This document shows, piece after piece, positions 8,778 through 16,426 of a stretch of 64,000 bases of DNA. Location of the stretch: contig CAWGJT010000006.1 of NCBI GenBank assembly GCA_963822965.1, forward strand, positions 864,001-928,000, in the 5' to 3' direction. The DNA is from an uncultured delta proteobacterium (lineage in GTDB: Bacteria > Myxococcota_A > UBA9160 > UBA4427). Numbering within the stretch: position 1 is the stretch's first letter; each line of letters begins with the position of its first letter. The notes under the pieces are model-generated. The model was given only the letters and a program-made list of their open reading frames with translations. It was not told where the DNA came from and made no database searches. Position numbers and translations under genes: made by a program.

Positions 8778-11351
8778 ATGCGAGAGCTCTCGAGGTGGTG
8801 CGCCCGGGTCGCGGGTGCGGGGGTCTTCCTGCTCTGGGCCGGCCTCGCGTGGGCAGACACGGTCGTCATCCCAGCGGCGGCAGACAACACCCTCTTCGAG
8901 CCGATCCAGAAGGACGGCCTCGAGGATCGATCCAACGGGGCCGGTGACTTCATGTTCACCGGCCGCGTCAAGGATGCCCTGAACGAGGGCGGCCAGGTTG
9001 CGGTCCGGCGGGCCGTCATCGCCTTCGACATCGCCGGGAGTGGAATCCCCGCCGGCTCGACCATCGACAGTGTGAGCCTCTCGCTCACCTGCACGAAGGC
9101 CAAGTCCAACACCCCCTCCAACGTCAGCCTCCACGAGCTCTCGAGCGACTGGGGTGAGGGCGCCTCGGACACCGGCAACTCCCAGAAGGGGCGCGGCGAG
9201 ACCCCCGAGCCGGGGGACGCGACCTGGCAGCACACCTTCTACGACACGCAGTTCTGGACGACGGCCGGCGGCGACTACGTGGGCACCGCCAGCGCGACGA
9301 ACGGAGTGGGAGGGCTGGGCGTCTACACCTGGGGCTCGACCTCGGGCATGGTGGCCGACGTGCAGGCCTGGCTCGACAACCCCTCCCAGAACTTCGGGTG
9401 GATCGTGATCGGTGACGAGGGCCAGAACGAGACCGCGAAGCAGTTCGGCACCCGGGAGAACACGGACAGCGGCGGTGCCAACCAGCCCAAGCTGACCGTC
9501 AACTACACGCCGCTCGTCGTCTCCGGCGCCTGCTGCCAGCTCGAGTCCTGCACCATCGAGGCGGCCGCCGCCTGCGGGACCGCCGGCGGCAGCTACCAGG
9601 GCGACGGCAGCTCCTGCTCGCCGAACCCCTGCGTCGAGCCCTTCGGAGCCTGCTGCGCGAGCAACGGCACCTGCAGCGAGGATACCCTGGACGACTGCGA
9701 AGGAGGTGGGGGCGTCTTCCAGGGCGACGCCTCGACCTGCGGCGCGGTCGAGTGCCCGGTGCAGCTGACCCCCTACGTGGACGCGCTGCCGCTACCCGGC
9801 CCGGCCACCCCCGCGAGCGGATCACCCGGCGCGTCGGCGACCTACGACATCACCATGAAGGAGTTCCAGCAGCAGCTCCACTCCGAGCTGCCGCCCACCA
9901 CCGTCTGGGGCTACGACGACGGCACCGGAGCCTTCACGCCGGGTCCGGTGATCGAGGCCCGGACGGGCATGCCGGTGACGGTCAACTGGATCAACGACCT
10001 CCGCGACCTCGGCACCGGGCTGCTGCGCACCAACCACTACCTGCAGCAGAGCGCCGACGACCTCAGCTGCATCCACGGTGCCGAGGACGATGCGAAGACG
10101 GTCACGCACCTGCACGGCGGCCACGTTCCGGCGGCCGTCGACGGCTATCCCGAGTCCACCTTCCTGCCCGGCGCCCCGCCGGAGACCTACGTCTACCCGA
10201 ACAACCAGCGGGCGGCTCCGATCTGGTTCCACGATCACGCGCTGGGCATCACCCGCCTCAACGTCTACATGGGCCTGGCCGGCATGTACCTCATCCGCGA
10301 CGACGTGGAGGACGCGCTCGACCTGCCCGCGGGCGAGTACGAGATCCCCTTGATCCTGCAGGATCGGAAGTTCAATCCCGACGGATCGTACAAGTACCCG
10401 AGCACCTGGCAGGACATGTTCTTCGGCGACAAGGTGATGGTGAACGGCAAGGTCTGGCCCTTCCTGGACGTGAAGCAGGGCAAGTACCGCTTCCGCCTCC
10501 TGAACGGCTCGGGCTCGCGGGTCTACACCCTGTCGCTGACACCGCCCACGGGCACACTCACCTTCACGGTGATCGGCAACGAAGGGGGACTGATCGAGCA
10601 CCCGGCCAACGGCGTCGGCCAGCTGACCGTCGGCCCCGGCGAGCGTTACGACGTGGTCGTCGACTTCGCAGGCTACAGCGACGGTGACGAGATCCTGCTG
10701 GGGAACAGCGCTCCCGCGCCGTTCCCCAACGGCAGCGTCGACCTCACCCAGGTGATGAAGTTCGTCGTGGGCGCCGACGCGGGCCACACCGACCCCCTGC
10801 CGAGCTCGCTCCGCACCATCGAGCGCCTCCAGGAGGGCGATGCGGTCACGACCCGGGACCTGGAGCTCAAGAAGTCGGGTCTCGACGCCTGCGGACGCTC
10901 GGTCTGGGAGATCAACGGCCTCGGCTGGGACGACATCACGGAGGAGCCGGTGCTCGGGACCACCGAGATCTGGCGCTTCATCAACGACTCGGGCGTCTCG
11001 CACCCGATGCACATGCACCTGGTGTTCTTCCAGATCCTCGACCGCGACGGGTTCACGCGGGGAACGGGCGGCGAGATCGTCCCGGACGGGAGTCCGCAGG
11101 CGCCGCCCCTCGAGGAGAGCGGCTGGAAGGACACCGCCATGGTCGGCCCCAACGAGATCCTGCGCGTCATCGCGCGCTTCGACGACTACACGGGACTCTA
11201 CGCCTACCACTGCCACATCCTCGAGCACGAGGATCACGAGATGATGCGGCAGTTCCGAGTCGTGCCCGAGCCGTCCTTCCTCCTCGGCCTCGGCGCCGGC
11301 GTGCTGCTGCTGGTCCATCTCGCGAGGAGGCGCGCCAGGGCGAGCGCTTGA
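8778..11351 (+). CDS. Multicopper oxidase (CotA/bilirubin-oxidase type) with N-terminal DNRLRE-like domain, GACC Cys-rich repeats and PEP-CTERM
   Basis: GGAGG RBS and signal peptide. Cu motifs HLHGG, WFHDH, HPMHMH, HCHILEHEDHEMM. Ends VPEPSFLLGLGAGVLLLVHLARRRAR. Confidence 0.92.
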   Translation: MRELSRWCARVAGAGVFLLWAGLAWADTVVIPAAADNTLFEPIQKDGLEDRSNGAGDFMFTGRVKDALNEGGQVAVRRAVIAFDIAGSGIPAGSTIDSVSLSLTCTKAKSNTPSNVSLHELSSDWGEGASDTGNSQKGRGETPEPGDATWQHTFYDTQFWTTAGGDYVGTASATNGVGGLGVYTWGSTSGMVADVQAWLDNPSQNFGWIVIGDEGQNETAKQFGTRENTDSGGANQPKLTVNYTPLVVSGACCQLESCTIEAAAACGTAGGSYQGDGSSCSPNPCVEPFGACCASNGTCSEDTLDDCEGGGGVFQGDASTCGAVECPVQLTPYVDALPLPGPATPASGSPGASATYDITMKEFQQQLHSELPPTTVWGYDDGTGAFTPGPVIEARTGMPVTVNWINDLRDLGTGLLRTNHYLQQSADDLSCIHGAEDDAKTVTHLHGGHVPAAVDGYPESTFLPGAPPETYVYPNNQRAAPIWFHDHALGITRLNVYMGLAGMYLIRDDVEDALDLPAGEYEIPLILQDRKFNPDGSYKYPSTWQDMFFGDKVMVNGKVWPFLDVKQGKYRFRLLNGSGSRVYTLSLTPPTGTLTFTVIGNEGGLIEHPANGVGQLTVGPGERYDVVVDFAGYSDGDEILLGNSAPAPFPNGSVDLTQVMKFVVGADAGHTDPLPSSLRTIERLQEGDAVTTRDLELKKSGLDACGRSVWEINGLGWDDITEEPVLGTTEIWRFINDSGVSHPMHMHLVFFQILDRDGFTRGTGGEIVPDGSPQAPPLEESGWKDTAMVGPNEILRVIARFDDYTGLYAYHCHILEHEDHEMMRQFRVVPEPSFLLGLGAGVLLLVHLARRRARASA

Positions 11352-11460
11352 CGCGCCGAGAGCGCACGGCGCGCGCGGATGTCGGTGGCTGAGCTCCCGT
11401 TCCGCAGGTCGCTTCGGCGACCGGCGTAGCGAATCACGGCGCCTTCCGGGCGACCGTGAG

Positions 11461-11559
11461 TCAGCGCTGCTTCGAACGTCGGTACGCGCGTCGGACCTGC
11501 GCGCGGCTCACGAGGAGGATGCCGATCCCCGCGACGATCAGCTGGGCCGTCGAGGGCTC
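11461..11559 (-). pseudogene. Orphan PEP-CTERM sorting-signal remnant
   Basis: EPSTAQLIVAGIGILLVSRAQVRRAYRRSKQR*: (P)EP motif, hydrophobic helix and basic tail, with no gene body in frame. Confidence 0.7.
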
Positions 11560-12461
11560 CTTGCCCGTTCGACGTGCCATGCTCCCGCTCCCGCGGCGCC
11601 CAGCAGCAGCGCGAGTAGGACGTAGAAGCCAACACCGCCGACGGGGACCGCAGGCGTTGCGCAGTTCGGACCACCGTAGCCGGCAACGCAGCCGGAATCG
11701 CACGTGCCGTCCGCCTGTGCGCAGGTCCCCGCTCCGGCACAGTTCGCGCTGCACGTGTACTCGCAGAAGTCGCCGTATAGGCCCGGGTCGCAGCCGTTGC
11801 ACACGGCGGTCGACTGGTCACACCCGCCGGTGTCGCTGCAGTTTGCGTCGCAGGACGTGTCGCACTGGTCGCCCGTCAGCCCGAGGTCACAGGCGAAGCA
11901 GTTGCAGGTGGATTGCGCGCATCCTGAGCTGTCGCATCCGCCGGAACAGATCGCCTCACAGTTGGCAGAGCAGCGAGCTGGGACCCTCACGGGGCAACCC
12001 GTGCAGGTTCCCGTGCCGCTCAGGCCATCGTCGCACACGCCCGGGAAAAGGCACGTGCAACTGGCACAGTCTGGCCCATACCGGCCTGCTTCGCATTCAT
12101 AGACGAACGGGACCGCGTTTGACCAACTAGCCGTGGCATCCGCGGTCACTTCCAGCGTGTATGCACCGAAGTTGGCCGGGGCCGGTGTTATCAGTTCGCA
12201 GCTCATCAGCGTGGCGGACAGCGCGCCGGCGCTGGTAGTCGTCTGCACCAGGGCAGGGGATGTCCAGCGGCAGGCGTAGCCGGCACCCGCCGTCGAGTCC
12301 ACCGTCACGTCCACGGTTGTGCCAGCGGCGTAACTGTTGGCCTCGATGGAGCTGTACGACAAGCTCTGGATCGTGGGCGTGGGTTCCGCTTCTGCGCGCG
12401 GAACGTACCCCAACAACATGGAAACGACGCAGAGCGTGAGCGCGGATCCCTTCAAGCCCAT
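11538..12461 (-). CDS. Secreted Cys-rich laminin/EGF-like repeat protein with C-terminal TM anchor
   Basis: GGAGG RBS and signal peptide. Repeats CEAGRYGPDC, CDLGLTGDQC, CDPGLYGDFC, CVAGYGGPNC. Tail AVPVGGVGFYVLLALLLGAAG followed by basic residues. Confidence 0.8.
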   Translation of the reverse strand: MGLKGSALTLCVVSMLLGYVPRAEAEPTPTIQSLSYSSIEANSYAAGTTVDVTVDSTAGAGYACRWTSPALVQTTTSAGALSATLMSCELITPAPANFGAYTLEVTADATASWSNAVPFVYECEAGRYGPDCASCTCLFPGVCDDGLSGTGTCTGCPVRVPARCSANCEAICSGGCDSSGCAQSTCNCFACDLGLTGDQCDTSCDANCSDTGGCDQSTAVCNGCDPGLYGDFCEYTCSANCAGAGTCAQADGTCDSGCVAGYGGPNCATPAVPVGGVGFYVLLALLLGAAGAGAWHVERARSPRRPS

Positions 12462-12569
12462 TTTCCACACCTCCGTCGGGGCCGACCGACCGTTGGTCCT
12501 CGACGAGTCTCGCATCCTGGCAGCCCCGGGGTCAAGCCGGCGCGCGTGCTCGGAATCGTGACGATTGGA

Positions 12570-12830
12570 TGTTGCAAGCGAGTGTCGCCGTCCCGGGGCT
12601 CCGGACGGCCCGCAGCGTGGCTTTCCGCAGCTAGGCCCGCGGCTCGGCGCCGCAAAGCTTTGCCGATTCGATCAGCGAGAAGAAGAGCGCCGCCACGCCG
12701 GTCCCCCGCTCCGACCGGCTCCCGTAGTGGTTCTTACGGCCCACAGCGACGCCGCGAAGTGCTCGCTCGACGGAGTTGGTGTCCAGCGCGATCTTCGGGT
12801 CCGCGAGGAAGCGCGCCGCCTGAATCAAGA
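12570..12830 (-). pseudogene. IS66-family transposase (TnpC) C-terminal remnant
   Basis: RFLADPKIALDTNSVERALRGVAVGRKNHYGSRSERG...FFSLIESAKLCGAEPRA*LRKATLRAVRSPG; in-frame TAG where Tyr is expected. Confidence 0.85.
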
Positions 12831-12996
12831 GCCGATCCCCAACTCTTGCCAATGGCTCCTCGCCGAGAGGTGTCGGTGTCTCAGCGACGTTGGCAGAGAG
12901 GGAACCGACATTCCCTTCGACGCCTGCGGCGTCTCATGCTCGCTGCTCGCTCGCAGCTCCCCCTTCCGTTCGCAATGCGCTCGAGCGCAAGGGTCC

Positions 12997-13037
12997 GAGC
13001 GGAATCGGACCGCGAGCTCACGTTGGCAAGGAGATGC
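12997..13037 (-). repeat. Decayed copy of tRNA-Gly anticodon/T arm (att-like remnant)
   Basis: 13017-13029 CTCACGTTGGCAA is identical to 16271-16283. Flanks CGGAATCGGACCGCGA and GAGATGC align with tRNA CGGATTCGAACCGGCGA and GTGATGC. Confidence 0.65.
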
Positions 13038-13298
13038 CGGAGTTGATTTCATTGAGGAATTTCAACGAAGCGGTCATACCGGGTCGTTTCGATCAATCGT
13101 GGGGGAAGTGGAGCCCCATCCTCTCGAGAAACGGAGCCTCCAGCAATCCCCGCGAGGTTCACCGGCTCGAGAGGGATGGGCTGGGGCTTGGAACGCCACG
13201 GGGAGGGGTTTTCGCTGGCCTCCGAGGCTTCAATCTCTACAGTCTTTTTCACAGAGCTGATCGGGAGCCAGGGCGAAACCGATGGGCGCGAGGGAGCC

Positions 13299-14651
13299 AT
13301 GAGCCAAGCAAAGATCACGCTGGTGGGAGCAGGCGGGTTGTCGTTCGGGCCCACCATGGTGAATGACGTCATCCACACTCCCGGGCTCGTTGGTAGCCGC
13401 TTGGTGCTCCACGATGTCGACGAGCAGCGACTCCTGCGCGCCTACAAATTCGCCGCCAAGCTCAATGCGGCGAACGGGTCGCCGGTGGTTCTCGAGCAAG
13501 TCACCGATCCGGCCGCTGCCTTCGATGGGGCCGACTTCTGCATCTCCAGTGCCGAGTTTGGCCGCTTCCCCTATTGGCGACAGGATTACGAGATCCCGCG
13601 CCGGTACGGCGCGACGCAGGTCAACGGCGAGAACGGCGGACCGGGGGCGGTATTTCATTCGCTGCGCAGCATCAAGAACACGCTGAGCATCTGCGCCAGC
13701 ATCGAAAAGCACTGCCCCGACGCCTTCTTGGTGAACCTCTCGAACCCGATGAGCCGCGTCACACTCGCGATCAACGAGGGAACAGCCGTGCGCAACGTCG
13801 GCATGTGTCACGAAATGCCGATAGGGATCGTGCGAATCGCCCGGCTGCTGCGCATGCGCCCATCGCGCATCGCGGCGAAGGCGTCGGGCATCAATCACTT
13901 CACCTTCTTCACCGAGATGGTGGACAAGCACACCGGCGAAGACCTCCTGCCCGCGGTGCGGGCGCTGTTCGCGAGGAAGATCTTCGACTTTGGCCCGACG
14001 CTCACGCGCCTCGCCGCTGCGACCGAGTCCCGTCCCGTACTCGCCATGCTCTCCGACCAGCTATTCTCCCCCCTCGTCGTCCACATGGTGCGCACCTACG
14101 GTGTGGTTCCCTGCTCGGTCGACAGCCACATCGGGGAGTACCTGCCATTCGCGCACGAGATCGGCGGCCACCACCCCGCACACGTCGACCAGTTCGCGCG
14201 GATCGACAAGGTGATCGAGCGGCTCACCACGTGGGTCGCCGAGACCCGACTTCCGGTGCCCGTGCACCGGATGGGCCACAGCCTCGAGGAAGTCGTGCCG
14301 ATCATTGCTGCACTCTGGACGGGGGTGCCCGAGCGGGTCGTGGCAGTGAACGTCCTCAACCGCGGGTTCCTGCCCAACGTGGCCGAGGGCGCGATCGTCG
14401 AGGTGGGCGCGCAGGTGGACGCCGACGGCATCCACCCCGACGTCATGCCGCCGGTCGCGGAGCCGATCGCCGGGCACATCGCCACGCAGGTCGCGCTCCA
14501 GGACCTGATCGTGCGCTCGGCGCTGACCGCTGACCGCAATCTCGCATTGCGGGCCGTGATAGAGGATCCGGCGTCACCGTCCGACGAGGCGGCGTGCCGG
14601 GCGATGTTCGACGAGCTGGTCCGTCTCCAGGCCAGCGAGCTGCCTTTCTGA
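13299..14651 (+). CDS. Glycoside hydrolase family 4 (NAD+/Mn2+-dependent, alpha-galactosidase MelA-like)
   Basis: KITLVGAGG, GENGGPG, NLSNPM, VGMCHE, GINHF, NRGFLPNV...IVEV. Confidence 0.9.
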   Translation: MSQAKITLVGAGGLSFGPTMVNDVIHTPGLVGSRLVLHDVDEQRLLRAYKFAAKLNAANGSPVVLEQVTDPAAAFDGADFCISSAEFGRFPYWRQDYEIPRRYGATQVNGENGGPGAVFHSLRSIKNTLSICASIEKHCPDAFLVNLSNPMSRVTLAINEGTAVRNVGMCHEMPIGIVRIARLLRMRPSRIAAKASGINHFTFFTEMVDKHTGEDLLPAVRALFARKIFDFGPTLTRLAAATESRPVLAMLSDQLFSPLVVHMVRTYGVVPCSVDSHIGEYLPFAHEIGGHHPAHVDQFARIDKVIERLTTWVAETRLPVPVHRMGHSLEEVVPIIAALWTGVPERVVAVNVLNRGFLPNVAEGAIVEVGAQVDADGIHPDVMPPVAEPIAGHIATQVALQDLIVRSALTADRNLALRAVIEDPASPSDEAACRAMFDELVRLQASELPF

Positions 14652-14899
14652 CGGCACCGGGACTCGCCTCCAGCTGAACGGCTCGGGGAAGTGTCGGTGC
14701 CGAACCGAAGTCCCGATCCCCGCGAGCCTGGCGTTGCGCGCGAGCGTCGTGCTTGTCGATTGTCGGGCCGACAAGGAGGGCGGCCGCCCCGAACACAACA
14801 GCCCCTCCAGGCAAGAACCCCTGGCGAGGCCGCATTCGCGATGGAGCACCGATAGTGGGGGAAGCTGAAATTGATCGAAATTAGTCGAGTTATCGATAG

Positions 14900-14927
14900 T
14901 TGATAAGATCGCTAACCTAAGTATAAT
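14900..14927 (+). promoter_or_regulatory. Sigma70-type promoter, probably leaderless
   Basis: TTGATA-N16-TATAAT in an AT-rich patch. GTG start 6 nt after the -10, no RBS. Confidence 0.65.
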
Positions 14928-14933
14928 TGGGCT

Positions 14934-16124
14934 GTGGACCCGATCAGGAATCCGTATTCCCCAGGGGCAGGTGCGCCGCCGCCGGAACTCGCGGGTCGCG
15001 ACGAGTTGCGCGAACAGGTGCGAATTGCCCTGGAACGTGTTCGCGCAGGCCGATCCACGAAGAGCGTCCTGATGATCGGTTTGCGCGGTGTCGGAAAAAC
15101 CGTCCTGCTGGATCGCATTCGCGACGATGCAGAGGCTGCGGGGATCCAGACTCTGCGGGTGGAGGCCCCCGAGAATCGCTCGCTTCCGGCCATCCTCGCG
15201 CCCGAGCTCCGCCAGGCGCTCCTCAGGCTTTCGCAGAACGAAAAAGCTCGCGAACTCGCTCGCAGGGCACTTCGCGGCCTCGCGGGATTCGTCGGCGCCC
15301 TGAAGGTCAGGTACGACGACATCGAAGTGGGTCTCGACCTGTCGCCCGAACCCGGCTTGGCCGACAACGGCGACCTGGAGCGAGACCTACAAGCGCTTCT
15401 AGAGGTCGTGGGAGAGGCGGCCGCCCAGATGAACACCGCGCTCGCGATGTTCATCGACGAGATGCAGTACGTCGAGGAACCTCAACTGGCTGCGTTGATC
15501 TCGTCCCTGCACCGAATCGCACAACGCCAACTTCCGGTTGTACTTGTCGGTGCAGGGCTCCCGCAGCTCCCGGGGCGCATGGGAAGCGCCAAGTCCTATG
15601 CTGAGCGCCTGTTCGACTTCCCGATGATCGGTCCGCTCTCGAACGAAGATGCGGCTACCGCTCTCGTCAATCCCGCTCGCGACGAGGGCGTCGAGTTCGA
15701 CGACGACGCGTTATCGAAGATCATCGAGGCAACCAAAGGCTATCCCTACTTCTTGCAGGAATGGGGAAAGCACTGCTGGGCTGCGGCGGACACTTCTCCG
15801 ATCACATTGGAAGATGTCGAGACCGCCTCCGACGCCGCAGTGGCGGCCCTGGATGAGAGCTTCTTCAGAGTGCGATTCGATCGCCTTACCCCGTCGGAGA
15901 AGAAATACCTCCGAGGCATGGCTCATCTTGGCCCGGGACCACATCGATCGGGTGACATCGCACACGAGCTTGGTCGGGAGGTGCAGTCGGTTGCACCCAT
16001 TCGCAGCAAGCTGATTGTCAAGGGGATGGTCTGGAGTCCAAGCCACGGAGACACGGACTTCACTGCTCCCCTCTTCGACGAGTTCATGCGTCGCATCATG
16101 CCTGGAGAGGACTGGCGGGAGTAG
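14934..16124 (+). CDS. P-loop AAA-type ATPase (AAA_16-like) with probable C-terminal winged helix
   Basis: NPYSPGAG, Walker A GLRGVGKT, Walker B MFIDEMQ, GYPYFLQ, C-terminal RSGDIAHELG...LIVKGMV. Confidence 0.85.
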   Translation: MDPIRNPYSPGAGAPPPELAGRDELREQVRIALERVRAGRSTKSVLMIGLRGVGKTVLLDRIRDDAEAAGIQTLRVEAPENRSLPAILAPELRQALLRLSQNEKARELARRALRGLAGFVGALKVRYDDIEVGLDLSPEPGLADNGDLERDLQALLEVVGEAAAQMNTALAMFIDEMQYVEEPQLAALISSLHRIAQRQLPVVLVGAGLPQLPGRMGSAKSYAERLFDFPMIGPLSNEDAATALVNPARDEGVEFDDDALSKIIEATKGYPYFLQEWGKHCWAAADTSPITLEDVETASDAAVAALDESFFRVRFDRLTPSEKKYLRGMAHLGPGPHRSGDIAHELGREVQSVAPIRSKLIVKGMVWSPSHGDTDFTAPLFDEFMRRIMPGEDWRE

Positions 16125-16198
16125 GCAAGGAGTCAGAGAGGGGGACTGGCTTCCCGCCCGAAGCACCCAACCTTCTACGGTCGCGTCAGCACGAGACA

Positions 16199-16228
16199 GC
16201 CCCGCCGAGCAGAAGCGCTTGGCGGGGC
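16199..16228 (-). terminator. GC-rich hairpin downstream of tRNA-Gly and of the convergent ATPase
   Basis: GCCCCGCCGAGC...GCTTGGCGGGGC inverted repeat; no strong U tract. Confidence 0.45.
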
Positions 16229-16238
16229 CGTTGTTCCC

Positions 16239-16314
16239 TGGAGCACGAGACCGGATTCGAACCGGCGACCCTCACGTTGGCAACGTGATGCTCTACCAGC
16301 TGAGCTACTCGTGC
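16239..16314 (-). tRNA. tRNA-Gly (GCC)
   Basis: GCACGAGTAGCTCAGCTGGTAGAGCATCACGTTGCCAACGTGAGGGTCGCCGGTTCGAATCCGGTCTCGTGCTCCA; full cloverleaf with encoded CCA. Confidence 0.98.
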
Positions 16315-16336
16315 TTGAAAGGCTGGCGGACGGCAG

Positions 16337-16365
16337 GTTGTACGGGACCCCGGGGATGGCGTCAA
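16337..16365 (-). promoter_or_regulatory. Sigma70-type promoter of tRNA-Gly
   Basis: TTGACG-N17-TACAAC on the minus strand, 22 nt upstream of the tRNA. Confidence 0.65.
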
Positions 16366-16426
16366 GGGCCCTCCCGGGGGGCCGGGGCCGGTCGCAGCGG
16401 CAGGTCCAGACGGTCGACCCGGGCCG

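Noticed and set aside
12570..12830. Active IS66 element
   Set aside because: Only the C-terminal ~85 codons remain, with an internal stop; no tnpA/tnpB or terminal inverted repeat found.
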